Below the pieces are notes generated by a model. That model saw only the letters and a list, made by a program, of their open reading frames with translations, was not told the DNA's origin and ran no database searches. Position numbers and translations under genes: made by a program. This document shows, in pieces, positions 1-10,590 of a DNA stretch of 30,817 bases. The stretch is from Ramazzottius varieornatus. Lineage: Eukaryota > Animalia > Tardigrada. Where the stretch lies: assembly GCA_001949185.1 (NCBI GenBank), contig BDGG01000014.1:369623-400439 (forward strand), given 5' to 3'. How positions within the stretch are numbered: the stretch's first letter is position 1; each line of letters begins with the position of its first letter.

Positions 1-432
1 GCTTTGGATGGCTTCGGATGGCTTCGGATGGCTTCGGATGGGGTGGGATTCGGCATGGAGTGTTCGATGTGGGTGTTCGCTATACCGGATGGGTAGACTC
101 GAACGGTGGACAGGCTGATGTTCTGTGCGAAAGTGTAGCGATGGATCTCTGGATGGTTTTGGGGGGAAGGTACTTGTTGGAGAAGCAGAACTGGAGGAAA
201 CGTCGCGATCCGGCGTTGCAGGTCGCCCGGGTGGACTGAGCAGTGTGATGGTGCTGAAGTTGTCGAACTACGCAGTCGATGCTGGCTTCTTGCAGTGCTC
301 CGGTTCCAACTCTGTCCATAGATCCGGGAATGGTGTTGGATGCTGGTTTGCAGATGGCGCCAGCTGTCGAAAGCGAAAGACAAGAGAAAGTGACAGAGCA
401 TAAGCGATATCATTTTCTACACCCTGGACGTA
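1..432 (-). mobile_element. Decayed DIRS/Ngaro-type tyrosine-recombinase retrotransposon fragment (RNase H C-terminus + YR N-terminus), left-arm copy
   Basis: Mirror of 30132-30563: YVQGVENDIAYALS...RFRQLAPSA RNase H tail, then STRATCNAGSRRFLQFC (integrase SAM-like N-domain). Confidence 0.85.
2..41. repeat. 10-bp tandem repeat (CTTCGGATGG)x3 plus one variant unit
   Basis: Read directly; mirrored at 30523-30562. Confidence 0.95.
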
Positions 433-1380
433 AAAACTTTGCTTGTCGGCGAGCCTAGCTACGGAACGCTGTCACTGACGCGGCGAAAGCAAAAACGAAA
501 TTCTGTCAGCGAGCGCGAGATGAAAGCTGGTGGTGGACAGTAGGCATCGATGGCTGCTGATGTGAGGCGTGCCTAGAAGCTGCGCTCGCTGGGTTGGCCG
601 GCTGTCTGACGCTTGTTCGCCCATTAAGCACATTTAAAATTATTATCTCAAATATCTATTTCTCGGAATGATCTTGATCCTTTACCGGCAACTGAACGCA
701 TGAAGGGGTAGCTGACTTGATGAGCTAAGTCCGTCGAAATTAAAGTGAGGACGAGTACTTAGACATAAAACTCCAGAGATCCGGTTTTGTTTCTGGTGGA
801 AAGTCTTCCCCATCAGAAGTCATTCCAATCAACTTTTCCCACCTAAGGCTCGATGTATGCGAATAAGCTCTGTCTCAATGGAAGCAGCGTGAAAAGTTGT
901 ACAAATTGTCTGAAGGAGCGAGACGAAACCAAACAGTCTGAAACATTTCCGTGCCAAAGTCCCAGGTGGTAGTCACTTGGCCTGATCACCCTGTACACGA
1001 ACCATACATGGACCCGCTATGTGTTATCCGTGCCCATAGACATATGTCGCATACATGAACCCGAACTAAACCCGCAGTGAACCGAAAATGATCTGCAGCA
1101 AACGAAGACTGATCCTCAGTGTTATTTGGGCAATGTCATGGCTCGCAGGCTCTTTAGAACAGGTAATGGGACCAGAGATCTTATCATCAGTCTTCCCCGG
1201 TAGTTGGATGGTCAAGAGCAAAGCTCAAGTTTCTGATAGAGTCAAGTTGGCCCGGCTCACGGCCGAAGACTTATGGCCGTTGAAGAATCTGCAAAAGATG
1301 TAGGATGAAGTGGCCAGAATGCTCAAAGCACCACCCATCGGCAGACAATACAGACTTTAGTCGGTATAATCTACTATGTT

Positions 1381-1580
1381 TACACGCAAGACGAGAAATT
1401 ATGGTACAGTAAAAATTATCGGACAGGCGAAAAGGACGGAGAATGGAAATTCGACCGTAGAAAAGTGTCGAAAAATGTATTATTGGGAATCCGTCGCATA
1501 CGTTAGTGCTTCCGTACCGCCGTAGTGAAAAGGCATGTACCACAATTTTTGCTGTCCCACAATTTCTCGTCCTGCGTGTA
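1381..1580. mobile_element. ~200-bp MITE with ~35-bp imperfect TIRs, flanked by TA
   Basis: TA-CACGCAAGACGAGAAATTATGGTACAGTAAAAATT ... AATTTTTGCTGTCCCACAATTTCTCGTCCTGCGTG-TA. Confidence 0.8.
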
Positions 1581-1799
1581 CCTATGTTCGTTTCTCAAAT
1601 CCATGTGCAATGTAGCAGCAGGGAGATATCAACTTACTCGCACAAAGTGTAATCTGGAGATTACAACGCTAATTGCTTTTTGAAATGCATTATACCATGA
1701 CTACTACGAAAATAGATACGCCAAGTTAAGAAAAACCAATAATAACCAGTTCACATTACCGTTAACGAAAACTATAGGATTCGCCTGCAGAAACATCAC

Positions 1800-2325
1800 T
1801 ATATTATCTCATTACTCACCTCTAAGATATAGAAAGCTTGCTGAAGCCCACGGGAAAGGCGAAGAGCCGAAAACAGATGGAGCATTACCACGGGGACATC
1901 AATACTCACTCGCTGCCGTAACAATCCTATGTTGAATACTTTTCCCGGTATGATCGGCCATCCTTCCGATATCTTTGAGGAGGCTCGGCACTGCAGGTCC
2001 CCACGTTCCACACGTCTCGAAACCATGCCGACAGAAGAAAAAGTTATCTTGCAATCTCCGGTACTTCTAAGCTTGAGTTCTTCTTCCCTGTGAGCCGCAT
2101 GTTGGACGTTCTGCGACAATCCGGCCATGTAGGTCTGGCACAGAGTGTCCACAGAGGTCACAGCCTACACCAAAGCCCTACCTTCTCTCCACGGTGATAA
2201 TGTTGTACCATCTGGACCCTTCAAACTTTCGTCACGAAGAACACGTTTCGGTTCCAGGACCCCATAGGCTTGACTCGACATCAGAGGACGTCGAGGAGAC
2301 TCGTTGAGCGAATCATGAGGCCTAC
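1800..2325 (-). mobile_element. Decayed 3' end of an RLE (restriction-like endonuclease) non-LTR retrotransposon, CRE-like
   Basis: Across frameshifts: HDSLNE..RR...VLEPKRVLRDESLKGPDGTTLSPWREGRALV*AVTSVDTL...EEELKL..KYRRLQDNFFF..GFETCGTWG...LLKDIGR...LRQRVSIDV.RGNA. This matches the RHxxLN/RPDG/WDxTxxD/KxxKY/ETxGxWG/QRGNA pattern of RLE domains; stop and frameshifts present. Confidence 0.85.
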
Positions 2326-2984
2326 GGAGATGAGGCATCATCAAGGTTACCTAGACAGGAGGCTAGTAAAGCGTAAAGCCCATCACCTGATTACTTCGAT
2401 GAGACCGCCAGCACTCGAGTCTGCTCTTCGTGGAGACAAGACTCCATGATTTGCAGGTAGGCCTTCTCGACCAGCGGTTATTCCCAACTCTTTTAGTAAC
2501 TGCGTGGATCCTTTAACAGCAGTTCTGCTCCCGGTTGCTCAACCCCTGTCAGATACTCAACCGTGGTAGTTCAATAACGCAATGTGGCAAGTGCAGTATA
2601 AGGGAAACAACGTACAATCAAAATCTAAAACCGGATGGGTGGAGTTGCCCGTACCGTGGAGATTTTCTCGGTCGTAAAACCATGCGCAGAACTGTTTTGT
2701 CGGGTGTTTGGCTCATCAAATAAATTGATGCGGCCATTGACTACTCGTAAAGATAGACGAAGTTTGGCGAAGGCGTTAGATTTATAATAGCGTCCCGAAA
2801 ACGTCCGCAGTAGAGACTTCGACGTACACTTGTCGCGAGAGCTGGAAGCATGGTTTTGCAAAGCATCGGGTTTACTTTACTTGACTTCCCTGTCGGACTG
2901 GAGTTCCTCGCTAGCGTCTCGTCTGATCGATTTTAGAACTTAAGTTTGAATCTTGTCCCTTCCCAACTCAAATAACACTACGGC

Positions 2985-4349
2985 ATGGAGAATTATGTCC
3001 ATAATGCTGACAAATTGCCTGTCATCTTTAAACACAAGCTGTAAGATATGCTCGACCGGTATATAGTCCGAGCAATCGTTTATGTTTCGTTCACTTCTGT
3101 ATCCCTTTTGTTCTGCAGAGTTGATTATCAAGGAGTGATGCTACACGAAGATTACGCTTCAATGATTCCGGAAGTCGAAAGCTTGCAGTGTAGTAACCAA
3201 GATATTCTCCTTGCTTCTTTCCAGAAATCCGGTATGTTGAACCTGGTCCGGGTTCTATTAATACATCATTAATACCCATACTTCTGGCTTTTTGATATCA
3301 AAGGGGGAACTTGGATGGATTCCATCTTGACATTGATCACGAACAACGGAGATCCAGACAGCCTAGTTCAGGAAGAAGTTAGGACGGGTAAATACAAGCC
3401 AACCTTCATCATTGAATTCAGGTGGAGCAGTTGTCCTGGCCGGGGCGATTTCAAGTTCCTTGACCTTGTGAAAAAGATACCCCCACCCAAAACCATGCGC
3501 ACTCACCTACCGTACCAGCTGTTGCCCCTGGAACTACGACGAAATAACTCTAAAGTATGTTTAATTTCCACCCATTAGCTACTGTGCAGTTGTCATGCGA
3601 GAACATATGGACTATGTTGTCTTTCAGATTATCTATGTATGTCGCAACGTGAAGGACGTCATGGTATCGTTGTATTACCATTACATGTATCATCCATCTA
3701 AAATAATTGACCGCTTGGGAACCTTCGAAGAGTTCGCGGAGGACTTTATGAAAGGAGCAGTAGCGGATGGTCCATACTTCGGTCACTTGCACAGCTACTG
3801 GACACATCGTCACGACGCAAACGTTCTGTTTATTGCTTACGAAGCGATGCTAAAGGTCGTGAATGGAAATAGGCTAGCGTTCGCCTTTCTTAACCTTATG
3901 AATTGCAATGCTTGTTTAATTCATGTTCCCTATCTGTCATATTTTAGGATCACCGCGGAACAGTCAGAAAGATTGCGACGTTCCTTGATAAGGCTTTGTC
4001 CGATGCAGAGATCGACAATATCGTGTTTCACACCTCGAAAGACCAGATGGTTGCAAACAATGACAAGACTTGGAGGCGCTACCATACTGCCAAGGACGCT
4101 AATGGTGTACTTCTGCACCAGTTCATTCGAACCGGTAAGTTAGCAAAACCATTGAAGCAGTTCCAGAAAACAAGCATCGCGTACCAAGCAGTCATCCATG
4201 CTGCCACATTTTGAATATACAACTGCGTCCGACCAGGTATGGCTGGAAAATGGAAGAGCGAGTTTTCGGACGAGCTGAGTGCAGAAACGGATGCCTGGAT
4301 TGCGGAAAACCTCCAAAAATACGGATTTGAAAGCAACCCGTTCCAGTAA
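2985..4349 (+). CDS. Cytosolic sulfotransferase (Sulfotransfer_1 family), 6 exons, ~315 aa
   Basis: Exons 2985-3040, 3119-3231, 3304-3554, 3628-3855, 3948-4134, 4237-4349 with GT-AG introns give 948 nt in frame. Motifs: ASFQKSGGTW (5'-PSB loop), RTHLPY (catalytic His), YVCRNVKDVMVS (3'-PB), GPYFGHLHSYW, YEAM, FIRTGMAGKWK. Confidence 0.93.
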
Positions 4350-6263
4350 AGCTATGTGTCTCGCCTTCTTATAGAAAGAGCCACATATTACCATCAACAA
4401 TGTTTTACGAAAGTCCGATGTTCAACTTATCATGCTGCAGGAAGTCAGTACATAAGTAGCCCGTTTCATGGCACTTCTTGCTGTGGCATTTTGCTGTGAA
4501 GTGCCAGCTCTACGTAAGGGATAGCGGCTGTCATTTTTAGAGTGTTGAAACCATGACTGACAGAAGTGGTAAGAAGCGGCCATCCGGACACAGCTGGAAA
4601 ATTCAGTTGGAACTAACGAGGGGATTTTACCATCGCTCCAGTCTTGTTTCGCGATCTAAAACGGCAGAAAGGTAGAACAGGGTTTTCTCCGTGGACTAGA
4701 AGAGACTAAACCGGCAGAAGAAAATTCTGGACGTGTGTGTAGAATTCGGGAACCGCAGAACGACTACCGTACAGATCTGTTTCGATGACGTAATCAAAGC
4801 GCTCTGACGTAACACACTCTGATTTGTTTTTTTGATTGACACCAGGATGATCAGCTGATCGGCGCGGTGTTCATGTTTACCTTCACTAGGGTGGTATCAA
4901 TATTGGTCCGAAGCATGGTACAGACCTACCGCCGAAATGTGACAGTCCGAATCCTCGATCTCAGTCTGGACGGCTTATATGTTTACCAGGCTGTTCGTCA
5001 CACTGCTCGCACGAGATCTATCAGCTGGCCGGATACACACTTGAATACTTGATCAAGTCAACCTCGAACAAGGCGTCTGTCAGCTGATAGTGCTGCGCAA
5101 CCTTTGGCAATCACCCTCGTTCAAACTTGATGTTCGGTGGCAGAAGCAGTTGTCACATCTCGGAGGTACAGTCACCATCATCGGTCGTGGGCAACCATGG
5201 CCGTCATTTGCTCCATCGTATCTCCCAAGCCCGTCGTCCAACTTCAGTCATTTAAAAATTATCTTGTCGAACACACATGAAGCATTTCGAACACGTGACG
5301 GTCCGGTCAGTATTTTGATTATTCAACCGGTTAGGACCGGTGATTTGGACAAGGAAGTGAGGGTAACTTCTAACTCCTTGTCACGTGATACGCACGGATG
5401 CACCTTTACAGTTGTTGTTACCAGCCTCATTGGCGATAAATTTGCCCCTGGAGTACTTCGCGAATGATAGCGATCTGCAACCACCCAAATGAAATTTCAC
5501 GTGAGACCCCATGCTTCCAAGTTGATTGCCGATATTGGGCAGGAATTTTATGGCCTATTATCATAACCGCCATTCATCACAAAGCCAAAACTTTGGTTGC
5601 GGTTGAATCACAGTGCATTCCGTTCGCCGAACGTGTGCCACACCACGTTGCGTCATGTTGCGTAATCCAATCATAGACGTACAAGCGCGGGGTGCAGGGG
5701 TCCGGAGGACGAGTAAGGCTGAGAAAACAGTGTTTTGACCCTCGGGGCTGGCAAAAATCGCCGCCGAACCACGCGAGGCTCGCGAATTCGGAAAATGACA
5801 TGATATGTTTGAAATAGAAACCAAAGCGTATCAGTGTGAAGCGTCATACGAAAGTGCGTCGTCTGCAACTGGGGAAAATTAAGGTTTTGGGAACAATATT
5901 CGACCTGCCTCCCGAGGCTTCCGTTTTTCCCCCTCCTTCACAGTAAAATTTCCAGCCTGTCGAGGCTGAGAATTTGCTTTTGACACGGCTGGGCCTCGTC
6001 AGCCTGATGGCTCCGCACGCCCCTGCGTGCTACACATGGTTTTGCAGTCTAAGACGTGCACTCCTTACAGCGGGCTGCTGATCAACATTGCGCAAAGTTT
6101 TATACACCACGGTACACTTAAGACCTGTGTATACGGCGTCAAATGAGAACCACCTTTTTCCACATGGTAATCACAGACTGGAAAGTTCGGATTGGGATTC
6201 TGAGCTTTTGCTTCCAGGGAAGACGGCAGAGTTCCTTCGGCCGGTACACCAGCTCGTCGTCTT

Positions 6264-8574
6264 CTAGAACCATACAGAGTCACGCACTCTCGCCCAGAAG
6301 GATTTTGCTTTTCCAAAGGCTTCCGCTTCTTCGATGGTGTTCAGCAGCTTTGTTCCTGTCGTTTCCGGCAGGACAATCACCGCCACTAGTAATATGATCA
6401 GTACTACTCCCATAAAAATGAGCGGAGCTTCTTGACTGGATATCGAAGCACGCATGTCCTACGAGACAAAAGCGCAGTAAATCCAACTGTGTATGCATCA
6501 GACTAGAATGTAGAGACTGCTCAGTGGAATGAACTGTACCATCGTGCTGACGACAGGCGCCAACATGGCACCTGCTCGAACCCACATGGTCATCAGGCTG
6601 AATCCCGTGTTACGAATTATTTGTTTACTGATTGTTTAGCTGTTTTTGCTGTACTTTTGTATGGCTCTCTTTTTCTACGAATTTCTTGCCACATTTCTTC
6701 AATTTTGTCCTTTAAGCGGTATGCCTGGCAAAACAGTCAGACAGATAAAGGTTATTCTTATTAATTACTGTCGAGTATAACTCCGATGTTCAGAGGTGTG
6801 ATATGGTTGTGCTACCTGCCAGCACATACGAGTAATCTGAATTAGAACGGTCTGTACAATTGCTGCAGCGGCAAGGTAAGACGGTAGTACTGCAGCTGTG
6901 ATACTAGAAGTCGGAACTATCGATGTGTGAGACTAAAAGTGTATTTCGGTTATTCAACCTGTCAAAAGTATTGCCTCAGTCCTACAACATTCGAGTGTCT
7001 GACGTAAGGCCAAAAGCCGTGCTTACCACGAGGCGAAAAGTAAGCTGACAATCCGCGGAACGAACTCTAGTGCGCCTGTAACCAGAAAGTTCACGTAAAA
7101 ATTCCCGAAGACGTATCCGAGAAAAAGTGTCATTCCCTAATACGAAAGCAAGGTCGCAAAGCTGGAGAAAAACACAGGGATTGACTTTGAGTTCTCCACG
7201 TCAGACTGCAAGTTAACTCACCCAATATAGCACGAATCAAACACAATCAATCTAACATACGGTGTCCGCACGCAGTCCAGCACGGTATAGCGATGTTCCA
7301 GCTGTACTTTCGTTTGCAGAGAGCTATACTGCGCTGCCATTGCCCTGATTGAGGCCTCCAAGTCCGAAGGAAGGTCTTTGATTCCATTAAACCTTGCTAT
7401 CGTCACACAGATTGTGTCCACGTCTTCAGGGCGGTTATGAATCAAAAGCCACTTCAATGATTCGGGAAAAAACCAGTACAAAGGTATGACCACAACGCTG
7501 GCTACGGCAATGAATGCCTGTTGGTCATGCCAGTTCAACAAGAAATAACCGGCGAGACCCAGAAGGACCACACTCAAAGCATAGAAGAGCTAAGAAGCGG
7601 CGGCCCAAGTCGCTCGTTTTGCCGGCGGCCCAAGTCGCTCGTTTTGCCGGCGGCCCAAGTCGCTCGTTTTGCCGGCGGCGACCACTCAATCATCAAGACC
7701 CAGAACGAACTGGTAATCCCTTGAAAACAACGGTAGTTGCTACAATATTGAGATTATGTCGATTATGCCAACTAATGATCGCGTGATTTTTTGTATCTGA
7801 TAATTTCGTACCTGTCGTGTCACACCAATGCAGAACCGCAATATGCAGAAAGATACCGGATCGTGAGAGAATATTAATGCGGTAATGAAAAACCACATAG
7901 TGCAGACTGGAGTAGAAAAGCATTGATCGACGCCCAAAGGCTTCGGACAGCCAACCAACAATTAGGCTAGCCAGTAGAGCTCCTGAAAGGAAGACAAGTC
8001 TTAATAGTTGAGGCTATAACTTGCTTGTATGGTTTACCGACATGCTACCAATGAAGAAAACCGAATCAGAAAACTGCACGATCCAGCTTCTATCGCAGAT
8101 CGAGTCCATATGCAAAGTCAAAAGTTTGATGACCAGACTTTGCCAGCAACGGCAGAACTGAACCGTACCTTACATCAGAGATGATCGATTGCTGGCGTGA
8201 ATCAGAAAATACGTAAATAATCGGCGTTGATGTATTATGAAGATCAAGTCCAATCCTTTTGCAGCCTTGTTCAGAGCGTACATACCTGAAGGGAATCAGT
8301 TCATATGATAAGTTTCTGTATTCCCGGTAATCCATCACCCCGGACCGATTTTCCGCTGTGAAGTTTAGTATGGGTTGGTTGTGGACATCGTGTTGGTCAA
8401 CCAGTATCCCTGTAGGTGGAGCGATGAAGAACACCATAGAAAACTTGCTCATAAAAGAGATGAACTGACAGCAAAAACCAAGTACAGGATGATCTGGAAG
8501 CGGCCAGGATTGCCGATGAGTCGCAAGAGATCATCTGAGCCCTTGACGGTTGAAGTAGACTCTACGGGAACCAT
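6264..8574 (-). pseudogene. SLC22 / organic cation transporter-like MFS pseudogene (intron-containing)
   Basis: DDLLRLIGNPGRFQ, ICDRSW..FFIG, GWLSEAFGRR (MFS motif A), EWSPPAKRA, FPESLKWL, GNFYVNF, IRNTG..RAGAMLAP, LPETTG. Frameshifts near 8470 and 7900, in-frame TAG near 7590 and 7138, a 25-bp triplication and one lost AG acceptor. Confidence 0.9.
7598..7679. repeat. 25-bp perfect tandem repeat x3.3 (CGGCGGCCCAAGTCGCTCGTTTTGC)
   Basis: Read directly; lies inside an SLC22 exon and adds 50 nt. Confidence 0.97.
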
Positions 8575-8810
8575 GCCTTCCGAAGATGCATAAGGCGGAA
8601 CAACGGTTCCTACGTCGTCGCTTCAGATATACGCCGAACATAGGATGCACTTCTGTCGAGATCGGAAACCGTTGGGCGCCGCGTGGTACGCGGATGAAAG
8701 CGTAGGCCAAGAGACCCTTCCGTGGTACGGCGCTGGACAGGCAACAAATTCATTACTGCACAACGCGGAATCAAGATCGTACACCATTTCGGAATCGATG
8801 ATTCGTACAC

Positions 8811-9423
8811 CATTTCGGAGAGCAAACGTTTTGCTTTCCGATCATGTGACCATCAAGTCACTAGTACAATCAATCAACTGGTGAGCAATTGGGACCGAAC
8901 GCATTGGCGTATCAGCTACCACAAACTGGATCTCCGACGAAAATTGCGCACGAAAATTTTCTATATGGGTTCTACAGCCTACTTTGCACCTACTTTTCTG
9001 GACGAAATGCTCGCACTTTTGATATCTTTCTTCGTATTCACTCGATTCTTGTGAAAAAAAATTTATTAGCCAGCGAAAAGACTATTCTTCCGGACAAACT
9101 TGTTTTTCCGGTGCAGAGACCGCAAATGGGCAAAAAGAAAAACTGCTGGATAGTATTTTCAAAAAAAGTGGGCTATGGAACCCATACGGAAAATTTTTGT
9201 GAAAAATTTCTCTCGGAGATCTTGGTTATGGTAGTCGATACACCAATGCGTGGGCTACATTTTGGCTGTCCGGACTTCCCCGCGACTGTCACTTGACGAG
9301 AAATCGCCAGCCAAAAATGACCCTTATTTCCTCGTCCGGTCCCAATTGCTCACCAGTTGATTGATTGTACTAGCGACTTGATGATCACATGATCGGAAAG
9401 TAAGAAGTGTGCTCTGTGAAATG
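8811..9423. mobile_element. ~610-bp non-autonomous TIR element (MITE) with ~90-bp TIRs
   Basis: 8811-8901 is the near reverse complement of 9333-9423 (CTTTCCGATCATGTGACCATCAAGTCACTAGTACAATCAATCAACTGGTGAGCAATTGGGACCG); AT-rich non-coding interior; no TSD seen. Confidence 0.85.
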
Positions 9424-9589
9424 AAGTTCAAATCGTTAAATTCGGACTGCGGGTTCAGAAGGTACAAGCAATCTAATGAAAACCATAGTTGTACGATGAC
9501 CCGTGACCGTGACTGTATGTGCCAAGATATTTGGCTCGAGGCAACCGACAGTGGCGCATGTTGCCGTGCTTTTGCAGCGCCTATAGCCG

Positions 9590-10590
9590 TCATATGTGTT
9601 GCAGGCGGGGAACACTTAAGCGGAACACTTATGCCGGCGTAGCTGCTGCGTCAGCCATAAGTGTTACGTATCGCGCAATACTGTACCTATGCTTGTCCTT
9701 TCTGCACAAAAATACCTAATGCGTTCCTCAAAAAATGGATTACCGCACAAGTAACTATCCGACTAAATGCACGAGAAAAGCAAGACATTCATTCTGAACA
9801 TGCTAAATTTCAGACAAGTAAAACAGACGCGACTTAATTCGCAATGGACTGTTCAGTTATTTTATCAGTGAATGTCGCTGTAACGCACTGACGAAGTTAC
9901 AGCATTGGCACTGATCTTTCGGCACATTCTTGATTGAGTGGTTCTGACTTCTGAAAAACTCTCTTTTCTGTTCTGTGCGAGCAAAATGAGGGAAGTTTCA
10001 CTCTGCCTCCGCATCGCACTTGGCTGACTGAAATGGTTTTCGCGAAGTCAGAGTAGAAGAAACCCGGTGGACTCGATTTAAGCATTGATTGGGCGTGCTT
10101 GAATTTTATGCGACATGATACGCTTGCTCTTTTCATTCTCACAATTTACGCACCGCACTTTCGTAAAGTTTCATGCCAGTAGGAACATTCTGACAAGTGA
10201 AAATTCCGAAAATGTTTTCCCGGCAAAGTAGTCGTTTGTAGTCGGACGGGATAACCTGTGCAGCCAGTTGCGCGGACAGTGTCATGGATCTGCGAACTGG
10301 CAAGGAAGTTTCGGAATATCAAAGATGCCGGCATGGTTTTCATACTGTGTGCTGGGAAAAGACCATGCTGCAGCACTAGTAACCCTTCTGTCTGCGGAAA
10401 GCAAGAAATACTTTCGGGCAGAAAGGGCAGCATAAGTGTTGCGCGGTCGTAGTCGTCATAAGTGCAATGTGCACGTTTCCCGTATGCCTGACACTTATGC
10501 CGGCAGAAGCGCAATGTCAGGCATAAGTGCAATGTTCCACCACAACACTTCTGCCTGCCGCAACAGATATGCCGCCATAAGTGTTACGCG
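9590..10590. repeat. Two clusters of CATAAGTG(TT)/(AA)CACTTATG motifs in both orientations
   Basis: Copies near 9591, 9611, 9624, 9656 and 10431, 10457, 10490, 10522, 10543, 10575; both clusters end in GCCATAAGTGTTACG. Confidence 0.7.

Larger units (their letters stand above)
1..2078. repeat. Left arm of large inverted duplication (pairs with 27545-30563)
   Basis: Reverse complement of 1-2078 aligns collinearly to 30563-27545; mirrored ORFs in the track (18..239+ vs 30325..30546-, 1088..1303+ vs 28210..28530-, 1799..2161- vs 27597..27824+). About 94-99% identity by eye. May extend left of the window. Confidence 0.97.

Noticed and set aside
1088-1360. ORF 1088..1303 and its mirror 28210..28530 as a protein-coding gene
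   Set aside because: No known motif; the copies differ by a stop and a frameshifting indel.
4867-5676. ORFs 4867..5052, 5090..5467 and 5464..5676 as genes
   Set aside because: No recognisable motif or consistent splice structure; possibly decayed coding or TE sequence, but unsupported.
5685-6027. Possible hAT MITE (CAGGGGCGT-like right end)
   Set aside because: The inverted similarity is too weak and no TSD was found.
7598-7679. CRISPR-like array
   Set aside because: Head-to-tail repeats with no spacers, inside a eukaryotic exon; no cas genes.
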